In this document: one piece after another, positions 24,347 through 36,900 of the stretch
Layout: every line of letters begins with the position of its first letter
Numbering within the stretch: position 1 is the first letter of the stretch
Source of the DNA: Thalia democratica
Taxonomy: Eukaryota
Reading direction: 5' to 3'
DNA: 64,000 bases
Assembly: GCA_965202585.1 (NCBI GenBank)
Contig: CBDBBG010000303.1
Span: 1 to 64,000 of the forward strand
Translations under genes and position numbers: made by a program
Notes under the pieces: model-generated
Database searches by the model: none
The model's input: only the letters and a program-made list of their open reading frames with translations
What the model was told of the DNA's origin: nothing

Positions 24347-24967
24347 TAAAAAGGTGAGTTAAATCAATAATTAAATTTAGTTAACAGTAGCGATTTTGTT
24401 TTAACTTCAAAAACTTTTAAACTTGAAGTTATTTTTGCTATATAACTGTATAGGAAAACCTAACTTATTTGTTATTAAAACTTAACATTTATTCAATTAA
24501 ACAAGAGTGGGTATTAAAGTAATTGTTTGATAGAAAATACAAGTTTTAACTTTTAAATAGCTTAATTTGATGAAAACTATAAAAAAAATACTTCTTAAAT
24601 GAAAATAACAACTACTGTTAACGCTTTTGTTGGAACTACAACTAGATAAAAAAAGCACATTGTGTTTATTAATAAAAACTGTAAATAAATAATCACAGTA
24701 CAAATTCATCACAGTAAAGGACGTTAAAAAAGCAAGAACAGTAAAACAGAATCACAGAGTTTACACATTTAATTTATCTTCACAGTTAATTAATATTTGT
24801 TACAAAAGATTTTACAGAAGATTAAATAAATAACAACTTTTAATTAAACGTAGAATATTTTTATAAAAGTATCCGTGTTGAAGCTAAATCAATTTATCAT
24901 CAGTGTAACAAAATGAACGATGATACATTAATTTTCATCATTTAATCCTTCAGTGATCATTATGACG

Positions 24968-27900
24968 TCATATAAACGACTTCATGATGGGCTTGCCCTT
25001 CACCGGCGAGCTGGCGGCGGTGGACAGCAGTTTGAGGTTGTTCTTCAAATGGTTGGTCTTGTTGCGGTGGTGGTGGGCCACGAAGGTCTTGGGCGGGCCG
25101 CAGTCCGTCTTTGTCCTCACCACGGGAGCCTTGTATTCGGGGAATTTCCCTAAAATTTCGTAGTTCCACTGCATTTCCACCGTCTGGAGCAAAAAGTTAG
25201 ATTTTTTGTTCAAGTTTTAGTAAACAAATTAGATTATTTTTATTTGTGTATGTACACCAAACCTGTATACATTAAAAAAAAACCTAGTTAACTAAATGTC
25301 TTAGAACTTTGTAAAGTCACCTTCACAACCAGCATGCCCTTGTATTTTTTACCGATTTTGCAAGGAGTGAACGAAATGGTTATTTTGGTCCCTCCCTCCT
25401 CCTTTGTTGACAAATTTCCCACGCAAGGAGAAACTGCGAAACTGGAATCACTTTCTCCTGAGAAGTACGCTTCAAAGGGAACTGGGTGTCTGAAAATGCA
25501 TTCGGTTCAGTTGACATATTTGATAAAAGTATTTAGAATTGTAAATCGTCCAAAGCAAGTTAATACTTTAAATAAAAATTAGATAGTAAAGGTTAGTGTC
25601 ATTATTTGATCACACAAACTCAATAAAACAAACCAAAAGTCAGTTGAATACATAATTTTACAAATGAAACTTGTATAAAGTTCACACCAGATTGTCTATT
25701 AAACGTTAGCAATTTGAACAAAATGCAAATGAGATCACTTATGTAAAAAATATAATATCCTCAAAAAAAAACAACAACTGCTAACTGACTCTGTTTTGCT
25801 GTCCAGCAAAAAAGTGACCGCAGATGTTTGGCCCACCCCCTTCGATTCCACCACTATTTTGTCGTCAGGTTCCGGCTCCCCGGCCCTTATTCTCAGGGGG
25901 AACACCCAAGAGCCCCCCGTTACCGAGGTAACCAGCAGTTGGGTGATGTGACTGTTTGAATGAAATAATTGTTTGCACTTTGTTTGTTTATTTTATGAGT
26001 CAAATGAGTCTCAAGAAAATTAAAACTGAAGTTAATGAGATAGAATTAATTTAGAACAATAAACATTTTTTCAATTTTTCATCACTTTCTTAAGACACAA
26101 GTTTAAACAAGTTAAAGTGTTCGAAACTTAACCGGCTATAAAAATTCTTTTATTCAAGTTTAAAAAGTCAACTGTTAATATCAGATGATAGAATCTTAAC
26201 CTATTTTTATGATTTTTTGTTTCATACTGTAAATTAAATAAAAACCTTATATAAACTAATGACATTGTCAAAAAAAAAGAGTGAACAAACTTCATAGGCA
26301 ACATTGGAGAAAAATCAGCTATGAAAGTCAATATGACAATTCCGTTGCTTGGGTTGCGAGTTTTGCCCACTAATTCTATTTTGAGACAATTTTCTATTTC
26401 AATTCTGCTCTTGTCACTACCATAGAAAAATTCGTAGTGAAACTCTTCGTTTAATCTATGACCTATTTGAAAATTGAGCTTTATATTAATAATATAAAAC
26501 AAGCTATTGTTTCAATTAATGAAAAAAATCTTTATATTATGGTAGTTGTTTTAGTGAAAATTACTTATAACTGTGAAAAAATATTATGACAAAAAATGAA
26601 TAATTTCAGAAAATGTTTTTAGTTATTTTCATTTATAACTTCTCATGCCAGTCTAAACAAAATTAAAACAAAAATTTAGCACAACTAGTTGCTGACAAAC
26701 CATCAAACACGTCAAAACTGAAGGGAGACTTGGACTTGTCGTCTTTACTGACCCGGATGAGTGACCTGCCATCGGCAACTGACGGTGTAGCGCCCACTAG
26801 TGACACCTCCAATCTGTCAGATATGTGCGACCTGGCCTGGCAAAACACCGTCGCCTCCTCTGTTGTGAAATTTTAAAAGTTGAAACTTCACCATGTCTTT
26901 AAATTGACTGTTTTAAACTTAAAAATTAACTATTTACAAACAAAAACATTTAGATAAATATAACAAGTGTTAGTTTTGACAATGCGTATAAATTGTGTAC
27001 ATAATGTGCGAATTTTAACAGTTGCTTTTCAATATAAATAATGAGTAAATTAAGAAACTCTTTACTTGTTTTAGCCACATTTAGCTGATTAACTAATGGT
27101 AAGAAGTTATATTTAAATGAAACTTTTACAAAACTTCGTACTTTCACAAACACAACAGAAACAAAAACACTTGGAAATTTACATCAAAAACACACCTCCG
27201 TTAGGTTTGTCCATTTTGATGTGAGGGATTCCGTGGACCGGGTACACGTATCTGATGGCCAGAATTTCGTTGTGGTGGTACGTGGGTTTTATGTGCTCGT
27301 GTTGCTCCCTCGACTGTATCGCTGTTGAGTGTGAAAAAAACAAAGTTCGTAACAAAAAGTATACCAAGAAGTAATCATCTGACGTTATGGTCGACAATAT
27401 GAAGATTGTTTACGTCTTAAGACTTGTGCATCATTTTATGTCTAATTTAAAACGAGTATACGAATAGAAAACTTTATTAGTGAAAGAAAGCTATTCACAA
27501 ACAAACTGAAAGTTCACTGTAATAATATAACCAAATATAAACAAACATATATATATAAAGATGTATAACAAACATACCAGATTGATGGCTGTTATCCTCG
27601 TATTCGTTTGGCCACATTCTGCCTTTCGTTCTTTTTATAGAGATGGCAATTGTTGCGAAGTATTTGAGCATCTAAATACAACATATCAAGTATATAACAG
27701 TAAGCACTTTAGTTAACTGTTGAAAAGAAGAGTATCTACAAACTAATTTAACAAAAGCTTTTACAAGTAAACTAGCTTTAAATCGTAGTAAATGAAAACA
27801 AAGGTAAAGTTTGGCCGAAATACTTAAGTTTTTATTATTTTTTCAACTAATATCGACGTAAAAATTACAAATTAAAATTAGTTGTGTTGGACAAGTAATA

Positions 27901-30900
27901 TCCAATTAATCATTGCAACACTCACCCCGCTAGGATTGAAAGCAAAGGGGATGTCCACTGTTCCGTGGGGTTCCACCTCCAAATTGTGCTTTTGGTGGGT
28001 CAAAATGGAGAACGCGGGCTCTGTTGTCACGCTGCGTCTAAAAATTTTTTTAAGTTGTTATAAAAAATTTGTATTCCACTTATTTCCTTTATAATCAAAA
28101 TATAGGTAAAGAGGCATAATAAACTTTTATATAACATAAACAATCAAAAAAAAAATCTTAATAATTTTGAACATAAAATACAGATCATAATAACAAATCA
28201 TCACGTAATATAATTATAGACAAAAGTAAAAACAAACTGTATGATGGAAGATCTGACTTCTCTGAGCACCTGATCGTTCTCCGTCAACTTTATGTCGGCG
28301 ACGACGGTGGAGTCGGTGGGGTTCATGAACTGGATGACGTTGGAGTTGCCGGACCCCACCGAGGCCGATATGCTGGTGGGGGGCATCAGCTTGGGGAGGA
28401 GGCCCCTTCCGCTCACGTAGTACACGCAGTCGCCCAGCTGCTTCGACTTGAACACCACTGAGTTGTGAACAAAAAAAAAAGCGGTGAAGTTTACTAGTGT
28501 TGAAATATTGTTAAAAAAAATCAACTACAGTTTATGTTCAATTTTAAACAACAAGATGCTCGAAATATTTCAACGCAATAGTTTTAATCTTTGTACAACA
28601 CTTTGGTTAAATACCGAGCCGAAAAAACTGAAAGTTACCAGTAGACTTGTGGGAGTGAATCCCCAGCGAGGTCGGGGAGAACTGGATGAGGACGTCCACC
28701 GTGGTGTCCTTGGTAACCAGGATCTGCTCCCGCTTCTCCTCGCTCGTCACCGAGTCCTCCTGCACCAGGTAGTTGGACTGGACGTGGAAGTTGGTGCGGT
28801 TGCTGACCACAACGTCCACCACCATGTCCTCGGTCTTGCACATGTTGTGGATCGGTATCGACCTTCGGCAGAAGCTGCCTGTTGGGATAGATTTCAAAAA
28901 ATTAAAAAAGGAATTGGATTTTTTTGTTGGCTAAACAATAACGCAACGCTCTGTGGTTAGATTGTGAGAGTTTTAAATCATATAAAGTACAACTTCGAAA
29001 AAAAGATTACGCGGGTATTTTAATGTTATTTAGATGTTTGCTGAGTTAATACCTATTACCTGTGCATTGGTTTATAACTAAAATGCGCAAATTTGTTTTT
29101 ATTTTGTTGTATAACGAAATTTTTATCTACCATACCCGAAAATAAAGTACATTCTTACAATAAGTAAACTCGTTGATCTTAACAGACTTTTAAATGTGCA
29201 AATAAATTAAAACAGTTTACCAAGCTCGCACTCCATGGTGCGGAGGGACTTGGGCGGGGGAGTGGTGGAGCTGACGCTGATCTTGTACCAGAACTCTCCG
29301 CTCAGCTCGCTGTTGAGCACCAGTGACCCGTCCCACGCCCCCACCCTGATCGGGCTGAAGGTTATGGGGACGGTTCCGGGAATCCCGGGCATCAGAGTGA
29401 GCGTCTTCTGCGCCGACAGGTAATCGCCCAGAATTTCCACCTGAAGAAAGTCACGTGATTTTGGTAGTTTTAATAAGCATCATAAGGAAACAAGTATATT
29501 TGGAATTAATTTTAAAAAGCTCACTAGAGTTCGAAAGCTCATACTTGTTGTTTTGTTTGTTATCTACGAATATAAAGATACAAGGTAACAAGTTTGATTA
29601 TCAGAATTATTATTTGATATCATGTTTCCGTGAACACGTTAGTTAATTTGATCTTCAAAAATTCTTACACTTATTTTAAGACTTCAAACAAACTATTGAT
29701 TAAAAACTTCTTATTAGAAATTAAATTAAAATTCAATTAGTTAATATAAATCCTACTATTTTCAGTCATGGCTTTAAATTAAATGTTTTTTATAAATGAG
29801 GCTCACGCTGAGATCGAGTTTTTCGTTTGTGGGATTTTCAATTTTAACTTCAGTCGTCACAGACTTTTGCACCTCGCATTCTATTTGCACGTTTTTGATG
29901 AAGTCCGAAGGCACCACCTCGATCATCAAGGAGTACCAAATCCTATTGATTAAAAAAAATGTCATTTGTTAAATAACTTAAATTTAACACTACAATTTAG
30001 TAGCTTTTCAAAGTGTGTTGATACTTTAAATGACTTGACACGTTTTTAATGTCAAACATGAAGTAACTTTTATGTTTAGGAAGAAAAATAGCAATCATTA
30101 CATACCTATTGAAAACAAACTAACAAATAAAAATGTAACACAAAAGTATGATATTATCTACAATAACGTTAGTTTGCTGAATGAGCATCTGAAATACCTT
30201 TTGCTTATAAAAAGTAAACAAACATTTTACATAGTGTAATTTATACTTACTTTAAATTTATAAATGTTTTCAATTATTTATCTACTGTGTAACATGTAAA
30301 AACAATTTGTTCAATATTAATCAAAGTTTTGTGAACTGTAAATATTGAAAAGAAGATATTTTTCTGTACACAAAAACATGCTGTAGTATGTAAAGTATTT
30401 AATAACAAGTTCAATTAATTTTTTTTTATTTGAAAAGACTTGTCAAAAGAGCTAAAAAAGCAAATATGTTTAGTTATATCATATATATATATATATATAT
30501 ATTATAAATTTGAAAAATTTGAAAAACTAAAAATACTTTACACCCCATTTAAAATATAATTTAGCATTATAACTAAATAAACGAGCACTGTACATTTGCA
30601 TTAAGTGATTTCTCGTTAAAAGTTTTAATTCATATCAACTTAAGTACTGTACTTTTGAAATAAGATATTTTAACTTTTTCTATAGACGTTTGAACACTGA
30701 ATTTTACAAATACTATGCATATTTTGAGTTATGTCAAACGGGAAGTTAAATTACATTAGTTTTCATCGAATATTCTAATTCGGTTAAAAGCTTCAAATGC
30801 GCTCGGATCTTGACGTTCTAGCTACAAATTTTCAAACAATTTATTTTTTAATTTTCAGTTCCGACCGAAGTTCAAGAACACAGACTCAAATGAACATTAT

Positions 30901-33900
30901 GCAAATTAAAAACTGCGTCATACTTTTGCCCGTGCTTCCGGTCCGCGTCGGTTCCGTTCGGCACCTTGAAAACCGGATGCTCGTCGTGGTGGTCTTCGTG
31001 GTCGTCGGTCGCGTCGCCGTTTTCGGACTCGTCGTCGGAGGAGGTGGGGCCCGGGGGGTCGGGTCGGAGGGGGTCGTCGCACACGAACATGAGCACCCCC
31101 TTGCAGTTGCCCCGCTGCATCGGCGACAGCGTGAAAGTGAAGTCGCCCGTCTTGCGCGGCTGTTTGAAATGACGCGTGAAAAAATTTGGCAGTTCCTTTT
31201 ATGTAAACAAAAATATTTAGTTTTGCAAGTTATTTTTGAACGAGTTAATAGCTGAACGCTTCTAACTCACTTCATTTTCAAACACAGAGTTCCAAATATA
31301 AACTTCAAACACAACTCGTTAATTTACTTATTTTCGTAAAAACTAAAGACTTTAAGGATATTAACCAACAAAAAACAAATTGAAAAAAGCAAGTTGCAAC
31401 TAACGGGAACGACCAGGTTGGTGGGGCCGTCGAGGAAGTCGATGTTGGAGTAGACGTCGTAGTTCAGAGTCGCCTGCGAGTAGTTCGGCACCTTCAGCGT
31501 CTGCTGGAACGAGCCCCGGCACTTCACCTTGCACCTGATCGTTTCCACCGACAACGAAGTCTGGCCCACCCCCTTCAACTCGAAGTTGTGCTCCATACCG
31601 TCCACTCTGTATGAAAAAAAGTTGTACAAAAATTAAACAAACATTTAAAGAAAAATATTGTATTAAAAAGTCAATTAATTCACTATTGCATAGTGATCCA
31701 ATTCACGAAAATAATTGATATTGTAGAAATAGTTTTAAAAAATTTTAGAAAATATTAAGTTTTAATGTTAAAGTCGATGAACTGTATTTATTCTTTCGAG
31801 TGCAAAACGTTCAAAGTAAAATTGTGATATTGCAAAGTGAAGTTGCTCACTCCTCGGTGGGTTTCCAACCTGTTTTTAATGACGAGGTGGCCGTTGGCGC
31901 AGCACTCGCTGGTCGGGTGGAACGTCAGCGGGTAGTAGCTGGTCTCGTGCGCCTTGACCACCAAATTTATCGGTCCGCTGAACAGGTCGCCAGTGGTCTT
32001 GCAAACTAAAAGCCAGTCGTGGTTCGTAGAGTTTTGCTGTTGAAAAAATAGCACGGTTTTTGTCAGGTTTTTTAAAAATATATAAAAAACATGAGTTTTA
32101 TTTTGAGTTATAATTTTCCCATCAGTGAAATACATTTTTTATTCTCAAGAGTTATTTCAAAAAACTTAGTAGGTTCTTTTGAGCGTAAACAAAAACAAGC
32201 CAATAACTGTGCGGTGCCATATAAATAAATCTACATATAGAAAAAAAAAACAGCGCCAACTAACGATTGGAATGTTTTGTGTGAGGGGGGTGTTGGCGGG
32301 AGTGTGGAAGTTCATTGTGACGTTGGAGGGCTGCTGGTGGACCTCGCACTCGATACGGAACGTCCTGACGTCGGAGTGGGAGGTCAGGAGGAGGTCGCAC
32401 GCGTACATCCCCGCCTGCTCGGCATAGAAGCTCAGCTCCAAGCCGAACGTGTCGTCTGGCTGAAACGTTGTTGAAACGCTCGTTTGAAGCAGCAATTGTT
32501 TTAGTTGTTAAGTTTTAGGAACTTTTTGTTAAGTAGATGCAAAAGTTATTTTGAAAAGTACGGGCTAAAATGAGAGTCAAACATGCTTGGTTTGAAACAA
32601 GGAAAGGCTGAAAAATTAGTATCAGCCTCGTTCATAGAGATATTTTAATGTTTCTACTAAGAGTAAAATAAAAATTAATTACGTCTACTTGGAAACGTTT
32701 TGTAAACGAAACCTTAAAAAAACACTGTCATGTATAAACTTTACTTAATACAATCCAACAAAACTTAATAGCGGCAATGTAATTGTTTCAACGCAACAAA
32801 CCTGGCGGCTACTGTACCGCACGCAAGTGTTGGAAACGTCGCTACCCGGAACCTTCAGCACGGGCAACGGGGCCACGACGGTAGGGGGCGCCCTGAACTT
32901 GCCGTTGGTCACCCTGACCCGGTACTTGCAGCTGGTCGGCTGCGTGGGGAACAGGGTCTTGTACGGCTGCAGGGACTTTCTCGTCTGGCTGTTCCGGATG
33001 ACCGCTTTTGCCGCCACTTTGCCGCTGTGCAGAGTTCCTGGATAATTTATTAGCGTTGAATTGTTTTGTTTATTATTTTAAAATAACCTATTTTTTAATC
33101 AGCAACATTTATTTATAATATAAAATATAATTGCCACAATTTTATCAATCCGATTGGATTACGATTATTCTAATTTAATTTACTGTTTCTCAGAGTTTGA
33201 AACATGCATACAAATTACTTTTACTTATAACATAAAAACTTAATTAAAATAAAGCTAGGTCAAGAATACGTATGTATTTTTGGTGTTATTTTATAATTAA
33301 GAAATTTTTCCACTTTAAATATTTGTTGATAAAGCTGCTTATGTTCATGGTCGTACAGTATAGTTTAGAGCTTATTGTAAAACGGCAAAAACAATTCAGC
33401 AATGGTGAAGATAACCGTAGTATTGTTTGTTACTATTATTTATTAGAAAATACATACTATAAAACTAATAATTCTTTAAAAGTATCTATTATTTATAATT
33501 CAATAAACAAAAAAAAAGGGCTAACGTTAACGTAAGTAAAAATTTTGGACCCCGCCTATGAAATCAACAAAATTAATTTGATTTGAGATAAAAACTATAA
33601 AACTTATACTACAGAAGATATTGGTTTTTAAATTACTACCATCTAAAATACAAAATACCGGTCAACGATCTCCTTCTCTGCTCGCACTTGCTCATGGACT
33701 GCTGAGCGGCAATCCTCAGCGCTTTCTCCTTGGCAGGGTTGATCACCGGGATGTTCAGAACCTCGCTTATCCGCTCGTTTACCTGGCATTGCCAGTACAA
33801 CACGTTCGGCTTGCAACCTTGAGAAATAAACACTTTAATTGTATGTAAAACTTACACAAAAATACCATAAATAGATGCAAGTAATACAACAACCTGCATT

Positions 33901-36900
33901 TACAGCTAAAAAAACTTAGAAACTTCAAGAAAGTGTATAGTCTTTAATAAAGGACAACGTTTTCAAACTATTTTTTTTATTTTTAACACCCGACTAGTAC
34001 CTCTGAGCTTCTTGGTGTTCTGGTCGAGTACGGTGGTGTGACTCGAGTTGCGGTTCAATTTGAGCTGGGTGGGGACCGGCAGGAGGGCCTCCCCCTCAAC
34101 CGCGTACACCATTTCGCCCACTTGCTCGTTCACCAGCAGGATGGTGCAGAAGTCCTTGCCCATTGCAAACGGCAAATATTTTATCTGTACAATTTATTTT
34201 ATTTATGTATATACTTTGTAAGTTTTAAGTTAAAGTTATCTATTCTCTATGGGTGGCAAAACGTTGTCAGAATAATATGGCAACTAGGTATGAAAACGGT
34301 TGTTTTGATTTCTAGTTAGTTTTACTCGTCTGGAAATCTAGGATTTAACGCCTTTTTGCGTAATATCTCATTTTAAAACTTGATAATGAACAAAAATTAA
34401 TATCATAAACATTTTTTTCTATCAATATAATTAGACTAAGTTTTTTAAATCTAAACAAACACCAACCAAAATATTTTTCTTCTCCCCGGCCTCCATGTAC
34501 ACGCTTGTGACGTCACAGTAGAAGCAGGGCACGTCGCGGTGCCTCCTAGCGCGATCCTCCTCCGGCTCCGTGTTGGCCGTGGTTACCACCTCCGTCTCGT
34601 CCGTGTCGAACCTGCGCTTGGCCTGGTTGCCCCTCCGCTTCGCCCCATTGGCGCCCTGCGGCTTGACGGGCGGCGAGTTCTGCTGCTCCTTCTGGAGCGG
34701 GTTGATCTTCGGCTCGCTGACGATCACCTTGAACTCGCACGCCTTGTGGAAGATGTTGCACACCTGTTTGGAGTTGAGGGGTTTCTGGTGGGATTGTAAA
34801 CTATTTTGTTTGGTGTTTTAAGCTAGTTACATTAATAAATAAAAGATTTCAGAAAAAAAAAGGCGAAATTACCTGTATAACCACAAACTAAGTTAGTTTT
34901 CAAAAAAGTAAAACAATAAAATAATTTCATTCCTATTTAAAAAAGGTTAAGTTGATTAGACTACAGTATTGAAAATGCCTAAAAATATGCTGTTTTAGAA
35001 TCTATAAAATTTGATTTTTTTTGAGTACCTTAAAAACCTATGATTTAAAAAATGAATATCTTAAACAATTGTGTTTTTGAACTTAAACTTTTATTTTGAT
35101 TTTAAACAGTTGCTTTAAAAATAAGCAAAATATACAAAGAATATTTTTACTAGAAAGATAAACTAATACATTTGACGAAATAACTGTAAAAACATTTTTA
35201 AGTAAAACGAAACACGAGTTGTGTATAATCAATAGCTAAGTTTCATTAAATTGTTTAGTTAGTTTTCTATGCCACATTAAGAAAGGGTAAATAGATAATT
35301 TAATTTGATTTGTTATTAATCAATTATTTAAATTAGACAAGATTTATACAAAATTCTTAAATCAGTCCAGAACATAGTCAATTTTTTATTTGTGACTTTT
35401 CATATGCATCAATAATTTAAAAAAAAAGATAGTTTAGAAAAATCTACAAATGTATTGCATATTAGTTAAGATTGTTGAACTTAACTAATATGCAATAAAT
35501 TTGTAGATTTTTCTAAACTATCTTTTGTTTTTTTTTTTTAACATTTAAAATAGTAATTTGTAATATATAATATAGCAAAACAATTAGGTTTTGCATTTAC
35601 AAATAGCAAATGAAAATAAAATTGTTTTAGCATACTTAAACAACGAAGAGTTAAAAAGCAATAACTTGAATTTCAATGTTGTACAGTTAAGTTAAGATTT
35701 TCATTATTACGTCATTATTTTTTTGCAGCATCAAATGTGCAATTGCAACCAGTTAGAATGAATTTATTTGATAACACAAATTACTCTGAATACTAACCAC
35801 ATTTAACTGGATTTTTTGAAATGAGTTCCCATGCGAGAAGTGAGTTCAAATCACTTTCAGAATTAGCACTAGAACTTCATAACGTTTCATTAGACAGTCA
35901 CTTTACCGATGAAACTATAGAAGCGATACGAGAACAAGACGACAATGTGTTTACTGAATTAAAAAGGAAAAACGAAAAGGTTTTGCAATATAAACTTACC
36001 CAAGACAGTTACCACAAATCAGCTGAAGAAGATGCAAATGGTGGAAACAATGTTGCTTTAAATTCAATTGACAAACATGAGTCTTTAGAAGAAAAAGATA
36101 CAAAAAAATTAGATGAACAAGCTAAAATCGGTGCACTTAATCAAGAATCTTTAGAAGAAAATGAGCTAAAAAATGGAGAAAGCCAACTAGAAAAAAGTAA
36201 AGTAAATCAAAGTTTGGACACTACTTCTCTTCAAGAAACAGAACAAACATCAGAAAGTCAGCTAAAAGCATTAAAGACGACAAAGTTCACATTGAATGTG
36301 CAAAGCTACGAGCAAGACGACATCATAACAGTTAATGACGATATTTTAGAAGTTCAACAGAAAGAAGACTTTGTAGGTTTAGACACTCAGCTTAAAGAAA
36401 CTCAGGAACAAATGACAGCGGACTTGTTGGGGCTTGCCAATGAAACAATGGAAAAAGTCAAACGCGCAAACAGGTTTCAACTCACGGACGTTGACGAAGT
36501 TCCTGAGTGGATCAGCAACCCAGAAATTAACGTGGAAAACCTCGACGTGGATCCTCTAGTTCAGAGTAACTTGAGCAAGATTTCGCTGCACCTACAGTCG
36601 GTCAGGAGGGAGCAGTCTTCCAGTTCTTCGGGTTTGTCTTCTAAAAAAACGACATTGTCGAGCATTTCGGAGGAGAAAGAAGAAAAGAAGTTTACAAGAG
36701 AGGAGCTCGAGGAGATGTACTGGGAAGAAATAAGGAAGCAGAGCGAGTTGGTGAAGGAAAACACGCAGGTGCAGCACCACCTATGCAAAATACTTAGGTT
36801 ACATATTCAATATTTGTTTATATACTTTGTTAAGGTTAATTATGATTTTGCAAGGTTAGTTTTTAAGTGCATTGCCAAACGTAACGTTATTATCAAAATT

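Larger units (their letters stand above)
21900..24952. repeat. Right arm of the inverted duplication, interrupted by an hAT insertion; overlaps the CFAP47 3' region
   Basis: Reverse complement of 16480-~18000 once 22764-24346 is removed. Homology stops at 24952, 15 nt from the CFAP47 stop codon. Confidence 0.85.

Noticed and set aside
35600-35820. RFX X-box or FOXJ1 sites upstream of CCDC96
   Set aside because: Only a half-site-like ttgcaac and generic AT-rich forkhead-like words, which are not distinguishable from background.
35821-36700. Long acidic low-complexity N-terminus of CCDC96 as a novel domain
   Set aside because: Glutamate-rich, poorly conserved N-termini are typical of CCDC96 orthologues.
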